A stretch of 64,000 bases of DNA from Podarcis tiliguerta (Eukaryota): assembly GCA_965153285.1 (NCBI GenBank), contig OZ229116.1; one strand, given 5' to 3'. The translations under genes and the position numbers were made by a program. Shown here in pieces: positions 1 through 13,254 of this stretch. Positions within the stretch are counted from its first letter, which is position 1; every line of letters begins with the position of its first letter. A model generated the notes under the pieces. It was given only the letters and a program-made list of their open reading frames with translations. It was not told where the DNA came from and did not search any database.

Positions 1-1743
1 CAAAATCAGCGGTATTTGTAAGCATTGTATCAAAAACCATTACTGTTGTTAAAGCTAATTTTAGCAAATCAAATGCCATGTGATTTGGTAGGCATTAAGA
101 AAGAATATACAAGGGACAGATTCTGGCCTGAGTTTGTGCTGCTCAACAATGTAAAATCAGCTTAGCTCGCTCCTGAGAATTCACGCAAGATAGGTGAATT
201 ATTGGATGATGCTGGATCAGTGTAAGTTTATGTTCCCAGTCCTAAGCATATGATGGGAGTCACATCCAAGAGACCTTGCCTAGAGGACATATAATCCGTT
301 ATAGAGGACAAAGCAAAAACTAAAAACTGGGAAGGGGTGTGTGATAAAAATACTATTCAGCTTCTGTTACACGAAGTTCATGTTAGACAGTCAGATACAC
401 CAATGCTTCTATAGATCAAGAGGGTTTCACATTATACCCATAGCTAATAAGTAACAGGCATTAAAAAGTAGCCAGCATTATATAAAATCAAGGAAAATAT
501 ATATGTATACTTAGGATGGCAACTATTTCTTCATCCAAGCTCCACCAGTGCCCATTTAACAAAAATTCACTCCTCTATTGCTTTAATTCCACTATTATTT
601 CATAAGCTTATGGGATCTTTATAGCATTTACTTTGCAAAAAGCAGGAAGAAAGTATTATAGGCAAAAGCTAAACCCATCAAACTCGTTGAAAGTAATCTG
701 GGTAGTTAGAAAAACAGCTTCTTTGTAGTTTGCTCTGCTGCCCACTTCTGCACTAAGGGCACCAACTAATCAAACTGATAGTGAATATAAGATTGGAAAC
801 AAAAAAGCTTCATAAGGTTTGTTTAACTGCTCCACCACCGCCTAAAGAACTTTAAGGGTTGGGGGGAAGACATCCTTTTTGGATCAGATACCCATTATCA
901 ACTTGGACAGTGTGTGTCTGAACCACTATTATCTGCAATGATTTATGAGTGCAGGTATTTCTCTACCTGAACATTTTAGTGAAACCATAAATATAAGAAA
1001 AGACAGAAGCTGGGATTCAGGAAGAGCCTCAAAAAGCCATCTTCAATGGAATATTATTCTCATTTGAGTAAGGCTGTTATTAGCCATCTAAATCTAATTG
1101 ATTTTTGTTGATGCTGAATGCCGCATAAAAACTCCTTACTATAAAATGAACACTTAAATGGTGACCCGTTAAAGGACTTATCTAGCACACTTTGCAGTTA
1201 AATGAAGTATATTCATCAGCTTAACCAGCATTTCACTACAAAGAAGCAAATCCAAAGGAATTCTAAGAGCACATGGCACTGTTCAGACATACAGGGTTTG
1301 CCCATCTGCTTCAGTGCAGAGGTGGTTTCTTGTAAGCATCCCAGCTAAGCATGTTAGAGCTCTCTTTGACATTTAAGTAAATGGAAAGGAACACACATAT
1401 GGGAACACCTTATGCGTAGCTTTAGATCAAAGCCTAAGCCCTTAAGATGCTGTCTAATATAAACTGATTTTTCTTTTGGTAACTAATATATAGTGCCATT
1501 TAAATGAAGAAAGAACAATCAATAATATGACATACATTTTCCGTGGTTTAGCTGAGCACTGGGAGACAACTGTGGTTTGGTAAAAAGTCCCCATCAAATG
1601 TATATTCACAATGATGGATATACAACAATATGTCACAAAGTAAAATTAGTAACATTTTCCTGGCCATTTTATTGACATAAAATTAACTAGTACTCAATTG
1701 TGTCATACATATTTTGAACATTCAGGCTGTGAGTTCCACTGCC

Positions 1744-2041
1744 TTCAGATATTACAGTGCCACAAGTAGCCAAAATGGCACCATCCATCAACAAGCAAAT
1801 CTATCCTGAGAACCTCAAGTTTCTCCTTAATGGCAAGCATGATCCACAAAACTGCCGAATGGGCAACTGAGCATGTTCAATGAGCACAGAATGCTGACTG
1901 ACTGTTGCAGAAAAACTGATAGGAGGGAGAATGGAATGTAATATTCAGGAGGAGGGCATGGCTGACTGGAACACTGAACAGGAGCAGTTCAAACTGCTAC
2001 ATTTTGCTGCAGGTCTTACTTGTGACACTGCAATGTCTGAA
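1744..2041. mobile_element. Old MITE-like element with ~25-bp terminal inverted repeats
   Basis: Left ttcagatattacagtgccacaagta versus reverse complement of the right end ttcagacattgcagtgtcacaagta (22/25). Confidence 0.6.
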
Positions 2042-2436
2042 TGTGTTATCCTAATAATGTAGGCCAAGGACAAGCTTGCAGCTGGGTGTTAATGCGCATA
2101 GTTTCCAAAAAGCTACCTACTGGCTTCAGTCAACCAGAGTTTTGACATAATCTGCTGGAAATATTGCTGCTCCATTGAACAAGTGGAAGAGAGAAGGTCT
2201 TATCAGGCACTGATGAACTGACCAGATGAATAAACTGGGTGACAGAGGAGCAACTAATTAGAGTTTGGTTTCGAACTAGATTTGCAGTGTTATGTGAGCT
2301 TATTCACATGACTTCTTCAGGATATAGAATGTATAAGAGACTTACTCCATATGCCAGCTCCAAGGACGTGGCTAGCCAGTTATGCAAATTCACCAGAAGG
2401 CACATGATTTGGGTTGCTAGATTAATGTTTATGATG

Positions 2437-2626
2437 CATAGGAGCCAACTCCTAGGGGCCAAGGTCCCTCCAGCTCCCCCCCCCCCCAAATTGAGGGGAC
2501 CAAACCCCTCCAAAGTTGAAGGGAATTGTCAATCAAATGATGTATATATGCCGCGTCATATGATCGATTATGCAGGATGGGGCTTACATGTCCCGTCCCC
2601 CCCTTTTATTCAAGTTGGCAACTCTG
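2437..2626. mobile_element. hAT-type MITE
   Basis: Perfect 8-bp TSD TTATGATG (2429-2436, 2627-2634); imperfect TIRs cataggagccaact / agttggcaactctg. Confidence 0.85.
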
Positions 2627-2799
2627 TTATGATGTCATGCTAAAAGCTGACAGATAGATGGAGACCCTGATTCATTTGCATGGCAGGCCACTGGCTGGAG
2701 CCAGCACATGCAGGATTTCAAGTGGTTCGTTCCACAGTTGGGATACCACCACTGAATAGGCTCTTTCTTCTATAGCCACCCATTACACCTCAGATGTCA

Positions 2800-3200
2800 T
2801 GGACACCAGAAGAAAGACCTTCATTGATGGTCTTAGTGAACAGGCAGATGAGAAATGTAGTTCTCCAGATAGCATCAAGGTGTCAAAGCTAGTTTAAATT
2901 GCACATGGAAATGACCAGGGAACCACTGTAGTTGGCAAAGAACAGGAGTAATTAAGAGCCTCACAGCTAAATTTTGGACTAAATGCAGTTTCCAAACAAT
3001 CTTCGAAGGCAACCCTTCATGAAAGGCCTTACAGTCCAGGCTATCTCTTGTTAGGAAAGGTGACAGCTGGCGCAGCAGCCAAAGCTCTGTGCCACAGAGG
3101 CAACCTGCAACTCCACTGACAAAGAGAGGCTAAGGAGTGCTCCATGACTATGAACTCATTCTTTCAGGAGTAATGCAAACCTGTCTAACACAGGATGAAC
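2800..3200 (-). mobile_element. Degenerate L2 LINE fragment
   Basis: Resembles recalled squamate L2 ORF2 3' sequence; no intact ORF; boundaries approximate. Confidence 0.45.
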
Positions 3201-3397
3201 ACTATTAACAATAAAATAACCCAACTGGTCTCAGTCACCAGCTTTTAAACTGATATAGTACTTTGTATGAAGGCTACTTTGCTTTGAGTCAGAGTTTTGG
3301 TTCGTTTAGCTCAGGTTTGCGGCAGCAATAAAGTAGATGTGTTTCTTTTCACCTATTACCTGACCCCTTTAATTGGATTTGCCACAGACTTAACCTA

Positions 3398-3490
3398 AGG
3401 TGGGGTAGCCAACATGGTGCCCTCTACTTGGCCAGTCATGATGGGAGTTTAGTCCAACAACATCTGGAGGGCACCACATTGACTATTCCT
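3398..3490. mobile_element. Short hAT-like MITE (relatives at ~24735-24845, 28929-29053, 56335-56560)
   Basis: Shared core gatgggagttgtagtccaacaacatctggagggcac recurs in the window. Confidence 0.65.
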
Positions 3491-5327
3491 CTTCCAAATA
3501 ATATTCTCTACCACTAAGCTATAGCCCTGGCATTGAACCCAGGGAGTTAGTTTGCAGTGGCACTCTAACATTCATTAGTGTTGGAGACATGAACTGAAGT
3601 GAACAGAAACATGTCTCATCCCCATCAATATACCGGTATATCAAAATAAGCCTTCGCATGTATTGCAGTATGGTGCAGAGAGAGAAAGAAAGATATTCAG
3701 CATCTATTGTCTTCCTGTGTCTCCTTACTGTTTTTCCTCTCAGGAGAGAAAGGAACAACGAATTTGCATTAGATTAGCCCAGAATGAATGCTAAAAGGGA
3801 AACCAGGTATGACTGGAAGAGTTAAATTATTGGGATGCACAAGAAGGAGGTTTGGAATATCTTGCCAACTCTAGGGAAACATAGTTGAGAAAAGACCTTT
3901 TTTAAAAAACAACAACACGACTGTAGCTTTAAACACTCAAAGTAGATATATTATCTACCCATCCTAAAACACTGTCATGACGTAGGTCAGGCATAGCTGC
4001 TACCATATCCCAATAGACACACATATATGGAAGCACAGGGTTGGGTTGGAAGTACATCAAATGTTTCTCTCTTCCCATTCTCTTCTCCCTGTTTAATGTT
4101 ATAAATGTATAAATCCATATACACACTTATAATTTCCTGTCCTTACGTGTGATAGCCTCTGTAAAAAGCCTCTATTGCTTATTACAATACTGTAATACAT
4201 AAATTTGGTAATAACTAACGCAGTTAGCAGAGTGAAAAAGAAAAACCATCTTAAGACCACATTACAGCCTTACTTCCTCCTAAAAGTCTCTAGATAAAGC
4301 AGCTGATAATGTAAAGTTCAGCTATCAAAAATGGCTTCATTAAGAACTTTAATGAAGCACATGGGAGCCATTTATTGACTCCTCAACTATTAAGATGTAA
4401 CATTATTAGTGCTTTAATAGTATCTCCATTTTCATTTAGGAAATAACCAATCAAGGGATCAATGTACCAAAGACTTTATTTTCTGTCCCTTGGCTCAGTG
4501 AAAGCACTTTAAAAAAGTTAAAAAATACTAAAGGTAACTGCCCCCCTCCCCTCCCCACAGGTACCACATTGTACAGGCAATTTAAAGAAATAACAGGGAA
4601 TTACAAAGGTCAATGGCTGCTGATCTACAGCATGCTGAAAAATTAGAAAAAGAAGAAAAGAAAATAAGTGAAAATTGTTAATGGTAATTTCTACCTGCTC
4701 TGTTCGGAGTAAGAGATCGCTTTCACATCAAAGAAACCTACCTCCAAAGTATGCAAACCACCCCCCACCCGACCTGCTGTCAACCTGTGAGACATTTCTA
4801 TTTCTCAGACGCCTTTAGAATGCAAACTACTGTTTTCTAGTAGTTCTCACAGCTCCACTTCCTTTGAGGTACAGATGTGTAGCCAAAGAGTCCAATCAGA
4901 TAACACCCATTTACATATTTATAAAGACTCCTGTAAAATCTCGTATCAATTGTTGCTACTATATATAGTGCTTTTCAAAGTATCTTGTGGGCACAAGCGC
5001 TCCACTGCACCTTTCCCTTCAGGAGTCCTGATATATCGTAAAATGTGATTTCAATGTAAATGTGGCCCACATCACACAATCATACCACTTCACAAACTCT
5101 TTTCTGCTGGGGTAGCTTAAATCTAAACACACTCAAGCAGCTTGCTGCACTGGAGCAAGATTTCTTCCATATTTTTTAAAAAAGTTAAAAAAAAAAATCC
5201 CCAAGACAACAATGCCAAGTGGGGAAAAAAATCTGAACGTTTTCTGCAGAAAGATGGGCCGTCTCCAAATCCTTGTGCCCTATCAGACAAATTAAAGTAA
5301 ATCAAGCATGAAATGAAGCAGAAGAGC

Positions 5328-5476
5328 NNNNNNNNNNNNNNNNNNNNNNNNNNNNNNNNNNNNNNNNNNNNNNNNNNNNNNNNNNNNNNNNNNNNNNNNN
5401 NNNNNNNNNNNNNNNNNNNNNNNNNNNNNNNNNNNNNNNNNNNNNNNNNNNNNNNNNNNNNNNNNNNNNNNNNNNN
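5328..5476. other. Assembly gap (149 N)
   Basis: Run of N. Confidence 1.
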
Positions 5477-6689
5477 CCTGCAGAATGTCTCTAACTAACT
5501 TCCTAATGTTCCCAGTTAAGTTCCCTTATTAAAGTATTAACTGTTGCAATGATAGAAATAAATTTTGATAAAAACAAAATAAAAACAGACGCTACTCTGA
5601 TTTATGAACTGGCCAAGCACTGATTAAACTGGAGTAGAGAGGGGGTGGTGGTGTGGTGCTAGCAAGCAGACGAGCCTCTTTGCTTATCTGTCAAGATTTT
5701 GCTGCTGGAGAGGTACAAAGACAACTTCCCAACTGGAATCGCTGCCAGAGCCAACCGACTGGTTAAACTGGTATTGTAGCTGGAGCAATTTTTTTTTTTA
5801 AAAGGCCTGTTTGTGTCATTGAGATGGGATTTCATGGATATAAACAGATCGTTTTCTGCAAGAACGAATAGTTCCTAACAGAGACCTACACAGACAATGC
5901 TTTACAACTGATGTGCTTCTATCTGCTGTGATTCTGCTGCTACAAACTGAAGAAGCCTCTTCATTGGGAAGTAGGCTTTTACTGGAAGGCGCTGGCTAGC
6001 TCACTGTTTATTTCCCCCTTGGAAATATCCACAACCAAGCCCTCCCCCTTGCCACACCACGCTCAGAAACATAAAGCACAGCTGGCAAGGAGGGACAGAA
6101 CCTTGCAAATGTGTATTCATGTCGTGCTGTGCTTGAACAATGAAAACGATTCATTCTCTGCAGATGGTCAGGCACACCTCTCATGCGACAGTATTCCTCA
6201 AGACGACTGGGCCTAAGCTTGCTATCATGTGGGGACAGCATGGTTCAGCAGGTGTCTCTTCCTGTGTGTGCCAGCAAGGAGTTAATAATGCTCCACTAAG
6301 GCATGTAGCTGAATGTGCTGGGCTTAGGTCCTTTAAAAATAAATTAAGATGTAAAACTATCTTGGATCTGCTGATGCTTCTTGTGAAAATAAGCATTAGT
6401 CCTGTGTCCTGGCGAAATTCCAATGTGTGTTGCTATACTCAATAAAATGTCTCCCCCAGTTTAATTTGGACTCTGTGGCATTTGTTTCTATCACCTCCAT
6501 ACAAAGTTGTTATATTCTACCCTGGAGAATGCTATTTGAGTCAAGGGTGAAATTATTTTTGTATTGCATGACTGTGCCTTTAAAAGCAACATGGACTGAA
6601 ATGAATGCAAGGAAATGAAATTGTATGATAATACTGTTCAGAAGTGTGTAACGAATTTAATATGCAAGAAAGCCTCCATTATTCCCTTT

Positions 6690-6828
6690 CCCCATCACGA
6701 AACCTTGAAAAGTACTTTAGGCTCAGAAATAGCGACTGGTCCAAAGTCATCCAATACGCTTCACAACTGAGCAGCGATTTGAACCCAGATCACCTGTGTC
6801 CAACACTTATTCTACACCACAGTGACAC
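6690..6828 (-). mobile_element. CORE/MIR-like SINE remnant (another at ~29400-29510)
   Basis: Resembles the CORE-SINE body gactggcccaaggtcacccag...gatttgaaccc...ccactacaccac. Confidence 0.55.
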
Positions 6829-8054
6829 AAAAAGTGGGTAATAATGTACTTCTCTTAAAGAAGTACCATCTAGAGTTCATAAGAAACCAAACTTATTTAT
6901 TAAATAAACAAACCCACTGCCTGTTACTTTACTTTACTTTAAAATGTTAAACGTTGAAAGGCAGTCCATTTAGAAAATACTGTTCTACATTTTTGTAGTA
7001 ACTGTATCAACTATAAAGTTCTCAGATGAAAATACCTAGTATAAAGCTTTTTATTTATTTATTGAAACCACAGAAGCATTACTATCAGAGCACAAATTGC
7101 TTCCAGACAGAGGAAACCTTAATTTACCCAACAAACTCACACACATTCATGTGTGTTAAGTGGGAGGTTATTTTTAACTAGGAAGAGCATTTGCTTTATG
7201 TTAGATAAAATATAAGTTAATATTTCAACTATCATCCTTTTAGAAAATACTCACTGCTCAGCTGCATCATACCAAAAAAGCCACAGATGACATGACATGC
7301 ATGGGTGATTTTTTATTGCTTTATACGTTTTATATCAGTGGGCTGTTGCAAAATTTCACAACATTAAAAATTTGATGCTCATTTCCCAGTTCCTTATTTG
7401 TTAATATGCATGCAAGCTTATTATCTCTCCTCCACATTTTGCATGGTTTCTCATTAAATATACGTGTTAAGTGTATGTTACATTTTAATAAATTGAAGCC
7501 TACATAACTTGCACTCTTTAAAATCCATAAGCTCAATACTATGACTTTGCTCTTTAAAAAATAAAGCAAGAAACAGATAATTCTATCTGGAACACCCAAT
7601 TACTGCTCATCAAGAAAAGAAACTACCATTCACCTACACCTTTTAAAAGTGCAATAAATGGCAATAATCTTGACAGGATACAGTTAGTTTATAACCCTAT
7701 ATAAGTAGGACATTGTGGACTGGGACATTCTCTCAGCTTAAGCACAGTGCTTCATAAAGAAGCCATCAAAAACACAAGCTGAATTATAAACATGTTTGAA
7801 AGGAAAATGTAAGGAATTATTACCAAAAGACTGAATGTTTTTTTTCTAATTATTGTACTGCCATTTTATAAATCCAAAGCACACCTGCATTTAGAATGCT
7901 GTGTGTTGATCTCATCTCAAAAGAGGTATTACAAAGCCAAAGCAAGAGAAAAGTATCAAATAAAATGATTGTGTGGTTGCAACCTTTTCCCTAAAAGCTG
8001 AGTCTTACCGATTTAGAACAAATGGGAGACAATGAATGGAGATAAATTATTATT

Positions 8055-8397
8055 TCCAACCTCCTACAATCCAGGAATCTCAGCTAAAGCAGCTCTGGCA
8101 GGTGGCTACCCAACCTCTGCTTCAAAGCATTCAAGGAAGGAGAGTCTGCCACCTTCCAGTCTCATGGAACTATAGAATTGGAGAGCTGGATTAAACCTCA
8201 TGGGTAATCTAGTCCAACACCCTCCAATGCAGGAATCATAGCTACAAAATCACAGAAGATCTGGGAGGGACCCCAAAGGCCATCTGGTCCAACCCCCTGC
8301 AATGCAGGTATCTCAGCTAAAGCAACACTGGAAGGTGGCCACACAACCTCCACTCAAAAACCTCCAAGGAAGGGGAGTCCACCACCTTCTGAGGTCC
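8055..8397 (-). mobile_element. Three tandem CR1 LINE 3'-end fragments
   Basis: Repeated tccaacccc(c)tgcaatgcaggaatctcagctaaagc...ccaacctc...aaggaaggagagtccaccacctt units. Confidence 0.7.
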
Positions 8398-8880
8398 AAA
8401 CCTCAGCAGAAAGGGAATCATGCTAGATCCAGAGCGACAGAGGGTAAACAGATAGGCTGTGTTGACAGTAGCAAGGAGGTAAATCTACTAAGGGAAGGCT
8501 GTCTTGTCCAAGGGCCTTCCAAAATCTAGTTTCAAGACTGCACATTACTTATTTGATAATACCAGCTATTAGGGCACAGAAGTCAGCAATGCAAGAGGTA
8601 TTTTGATGGCAGAAGAACTTAGGTATGACACAAATTGCCCACAACTTTACAGCATAATTCACAATGATGTTTGAAGAGATACTGAACAGAAATTATTCCA
8701 AGATGTAAAAACACATTCCTCCCTAGTAGTTTTTTCTACTGAGGGTTGATCTGTTTATCATCTTAACAAAGCTAACTCTCTTTAACTTCTTTTTAAGACT
8801 AAGAAGAGAAATGAGGGATACACTTTTTCACAATGAAGGAACAATTTCTCAGAGGTAATTTCAAGGACCACAGAGACATA

Positions 8881-9095
8881 GGGTAGAATTCAATGTGACA
8901 TCAAGTTGGGTATGCACAAGTAGAATGAGGTCTGCTTGTGTAACAAGGATTCCCTCGTTTCCTCCCTCTCTATTCTGGGTTTTCCCCAACCCTCCAGAGC
9001 AGATTTAGGGGGCATGGAGGATGCAGGGAGGAAGAAGGTCCAGTTGCACAAGTGGGCCTCATACCATTTGTGCAACAACTTAGTTGGATCTTGCC
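8881..9095. mobile_element. Palindromic non-autonomous DNA element (relatives at ~19851-20062, 40065-40300)
   Basis: Termini gggtagaattcaa / ttggatcttgccc, internal inverted arms, and a shared ccctccagagcagattt core. Confidence 0.55.
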
Positions 9096-9437
9096 CACAG
9101 AGTTGGAAATGACTTCCAAGTCCAACCCTGATACCAGCACAGGAAACTCACTGTGACAGCATGTCTGGTAAGTGGCCATCCAGCCTCCACCTAAGGATTT
9201 CTTAATGAAGGACAGACTACCACTTTCCAAGGCAACTGCTTGTGCCACCAGGAAATTCTCCTGAATGCTTAGCATAATTCTGGAGCAACAGAAAATAAAT
9301 CTGGTTCATCATCTATATATCAGCTCCTCAAATATTTGAAGATGACTATCGTTTCTGAATCATCTGTTCCAAGGCTAAACATAGACAACTCATTTAACCT
9401 TTCCTCGTAGGACTCAAGTTTCCAGGTCCCTCATTAA
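9096..9437 (-). mobile_element. CR1 LINE 3' fragment
   Basis: acagagttggaa...tccaaccc...ccatccagcctc...ccaggaaattctcctgaatgcttagc...ccaaggctaaacat is typical CR1 antisense sequence. Confidence 0.7.
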
Positions 9438-11133
9438 CTTTAGCTTCTATATGTAGTTCCATGCAGTTTCTGTGCAGGTGCTTGTCTGTTTTCTGGAAGC
9501 AGTAAGGGCCTGAACGAGGACCAATAAACTAAAGCTAAATCCCAACAGGACAGAGGTACTAGGTTGGTGGCCTGCAGGTCTGAGAATTAAGTAGGCAACC
9601 TGTTTGGATAGTCAGCCAACTGGAACCATTTGCCACCAATTTTAAAGAGGATAATTCAATGTGTTAGCACTGATGTATAAAGTACTAAACGGCTTAAGTC
9701 CCAGGGATCTGAAGGAAAACCTATTTCTGCACTATCATGCTTATCCTTTTAAGATCTTCTGGGAGGCCCTTCTTCTATACTCAGATGATGTACGTTAATT
9801 GGTAGCCCAGTATAGTCTTCTCGGTGGTGACACCCCATCTGTGGACTGTCCTCCCTCCCCAAGATACTGCTGACACTGTGTTTGTTTACCATTAGGCACA
9901 ATGTAAATACGTGTATATACATATATATCTTCATTTGGGCATTTGGTAGGGAGCAGGTGGCAAGACCAGCTGTATTTTTTTTTTAGAAGTACTGTAGATT
10001 GAGTATGGTATATTGAAGATATTAGTTCAATTTGAATGTTACTTAAAGGAGGCTTTATTTTGAAGATGTAACTCACTCAGGATTGCTGTATGATGAAGGA
10101 CAGGGTTGGAAATGAGTAAATTAATTATAAACAAATAATTGTTGCCTTCTTATGGGCACGTTCTAGGATAAGACTGAAAATGTGTAGCAGATTTCATCTC
10201 AGTTATTTGTTCCTGATTCTTTGTGTAATTTTGTTTTGTTTTGGTTACTTTTAATAGCGGAACTCTTATGCCAGCACGGTGAGATGACTGCAAATGTGTG
10301 TAATGCAAACAGCCCTGATCATATGATCAATAATTCAATCAAAGTACTTTACAGTCATTTTGGATAAGTGCAAACAGCTATACCAAACACAGAGCAGAAA
10401 ATAATCAGTACTTACACGTATCTTATGTTTCTATCTTCTATCATTGTAGTCTAAAATCACGTAAAAATAAACAAACATTCATTGAGTTGTATCATTATTA
10501 GCATTGGAGGATTTTTTTGTTTTTGTTTTTTGGAGCAATGCCCTAATACCACACTATAGCTGCTTGAAATCAGAGACACAATAGATCTCTCTCTCCTACC
10601 ACCCCCCGCTCTCTTCTAACCAGTAATGCACTCTGTGCTGTACAACAAAACATTCATGTACATCATCTTGGTATTTCTAGAGGCTGGCATTTCCAAACTT
10701 GACATTTTCCTTGCCCCGTAGGTACATATCAGATTTGTGGAAATGTCTCTGATATAGGAAAGGATATTGTTATATAATGTGACAACTATATGCACTCTTA
10801 TCTTATTAATTATAATGGTTGATTAATTGCTATTCATTTTCACAAACGAGAAACAAAAGACCCTTTGGGAAGCTATAGGTCTAGATTCATCAGTAGCTTC
10901 AATTATTTTTTTTAAGGACTAGAACGGTGAAATATAGAGGAAGTTTCAAATAATGAAACATATTAAGGTTGAATGATCCAAGTAGATCATCTCCTTCAGG
11001 GATGATGTTTAGGTTTGTGACCTTCATCAGGATATGATCAGAAAACATTTTAGATATCTATATTTTAAGACTCATTGTACCTTCAAACAGTAGCCTAGGA
11101 TGGAAGGCACCAAGCACTGAGACAGTGATGTTT

Positions 11134-11183
11134 TGTGTGTGTATGTGTGTGTGTGTGTGCGCGTGCACACACACACACACACA
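11134..11183. repeat. Compound (TG)n-CGCG-(CA)n microsatellite
   Basis: Read directly. Confidence 0.95.
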
Positions 11184-12411
11184 ATGCTGCAGGTGACAAT
11201 GTTTAAAATTGGGAACTATGTTTTGGAGAACTCATCTCCCAAAAACTCCATCAGATGGAAGCAAATATAGCAAAACTATAGTGTACAGTGGCAGTGAGCC
11301 GAATTTCCCCTCCTGATTTCAGGAGACCAGTTTGCCCACTACAAAAGTGGGGAAGCTTCAGCTGCTTTCTGTGGAGCAAGCAAAGTCCAATGTTTTGAAA
11401 GGTATGTGTGTCTTACCCGAGTTGTTTACACTGTGGTTAGGGCCCCACACTTTCTACACTAATTTTTTTTTGCTCTACCTGTTGTAGCTGCAAGACTCTC
11501 CATAGCACTGTATTTTCTGACCTATTTTCACTTTTAAAAAGAATGAATGAATCATGGAAGCAATGAGCATAAATTTCCCATCGGGGATCCTGAAGGAGTC
11601 TTGCCCAGGTGATATTACAAAACATGCCCAGAAGAGCCATCAGACTTAAGCAGTTATGCTGCAAGAGCTGTTCTTACTAGATCCTGGGTCTTTTGTATCC
11701 TATCCTGTGAAAAGAACACCTTGGCCTGCCAAGTGTTGATTTTGTATGGAATAGTGAAGCAGTTTGAGCATCAGATATATAAAACGATATTTCCCTTTTA
11801 TAGTTCCTGCAGGCAAAGATAATTCATTATCTGAAGCCTGAGTTCTTTCAGCAGGGTGGGAGGGTTCTCATGCAGCTTTCGGGATCTTAAAACCCCATAT
11901 GGGAGCTTTGAAGAGACAGTTCCTAGTAAACAGATTATCTTCTTTCTTCAGTCTACTTTTTCTAGTCCTTCATTTTCCCAGAATAGCATCCAGGGCTTCC
12001 CCAAAAAGCTTAGTGTCATGAAAAGGAACAACTTCCCAGGATCTTGGATAAGCTTACCAGTAATGCAGCGAAGTCTTCTTTTGCATACATGATCCTGGCT
12101 GAAAGCATGTAAAGAATCAACTGGAAAACTGCTAGCACTTCCCTCAATTCATCTTTTGTTTATCTGGGAAGCGCTGCTGGTTACCTGTGCTTAAGCAAAC
12201 TGCCCAGGTAAAAGGAGGTTGGCTGTAGAAGGCCACAAGGAAGCAGAAAGGGACTCTAAACTCTATACCAGTGGTTCCTAAATAGGGGTCTGGGAACACC
12301 CGAGGGTCTGCGAAACATACCCAGTGGGGCTGTGGCCCAATCCCTTGTCTCATCCCAACATTTTTTTTTGTAATTTTTGCATAGTAATATCACACATTTT
12401 ATGGTCTGTTT

Positions 12412-13254
12412 TAGTGCTGTGCAATTTTTCAATATATTGGCAAAAATCGGTTTTGAAATCACACCGCGATAACGATTTTAACCCGGCAATATATCGCTCT
12501 TCACATGAGGGAGAACAGGGCAGCCAATTTGAAGGCACTGCAGATATCACACGATGATCTCAGGCGGTAACGCTGCTGATCCGAGCTGCCGTCCCTCACA
12601 CCGACGGAAAACTGGGCAGCCTCACTTCAAGGCACCATGGCGCTACCTTCCCCTGGCACTGAGGCAGAACAGCTTTTCTCAGTCAGCAGGAAAGCAGCAG
12701 CAGCCACAGTGGATGTGCATCTTTGCCGCCTGCCACCGCTGGCTGCCCCATTGACGGCAGCTTGATGCCCATCCCCCATCCCCTCAAACGATGGAGATGA
12801 CTCTGCTTCTTCTCTTCTCCCCACCCATCCAATCTCTGCAGTTCCTCCTTCACTCATCCCCACACCCAATCTGCATGCATTCTACCTGTCCGATCTCTGT
12901 GACCAAACTACAAGAAAGAAGATTCCACCTAAACATTAGGAAGAACTTCCTGACAGTAAGAGCTGTTCGACAGTGGAATTTGCTGCCAAGGAGTGTGGTG
13001 GAGTCTCCTTCTTTGGAGGTCTTTAAGCAGAGGCTTGACAACCATATGTCAGGAGTGCTCTGATGGTGTTTCCTGCTTGGCAGGGGGTTGGACTCAATGG
13101 CCCTTGTGGTCTCTTCCAACTCTATGATTCTATGACTCCTCCTTCCATCATCTGCACACATTTCCAATTTCAGACACTGTGATATTATCAAAATATCGCA
13201 ATGTTTAGCTGCTGACAAATCACATTGTTGAAAACCAGGTATCACTCTGCCCTA
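12412..13254. mobile_element. Second hAT-type element nested in the first
   Basis: TIRs tagtgctgtgcaat / atcactctgcccta; TSD gtctgttt / gtcttttt (7/8). Confidence 0.75.
12900..13136 (+). mobile_element. 5'-truncated CR1 LINE (ORF2 C-terminus and 3' UTR)
   Basis: Encodes [52 protein letters not shown]; ends in ccaactctatgattctatga. Confidence 0.93.
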
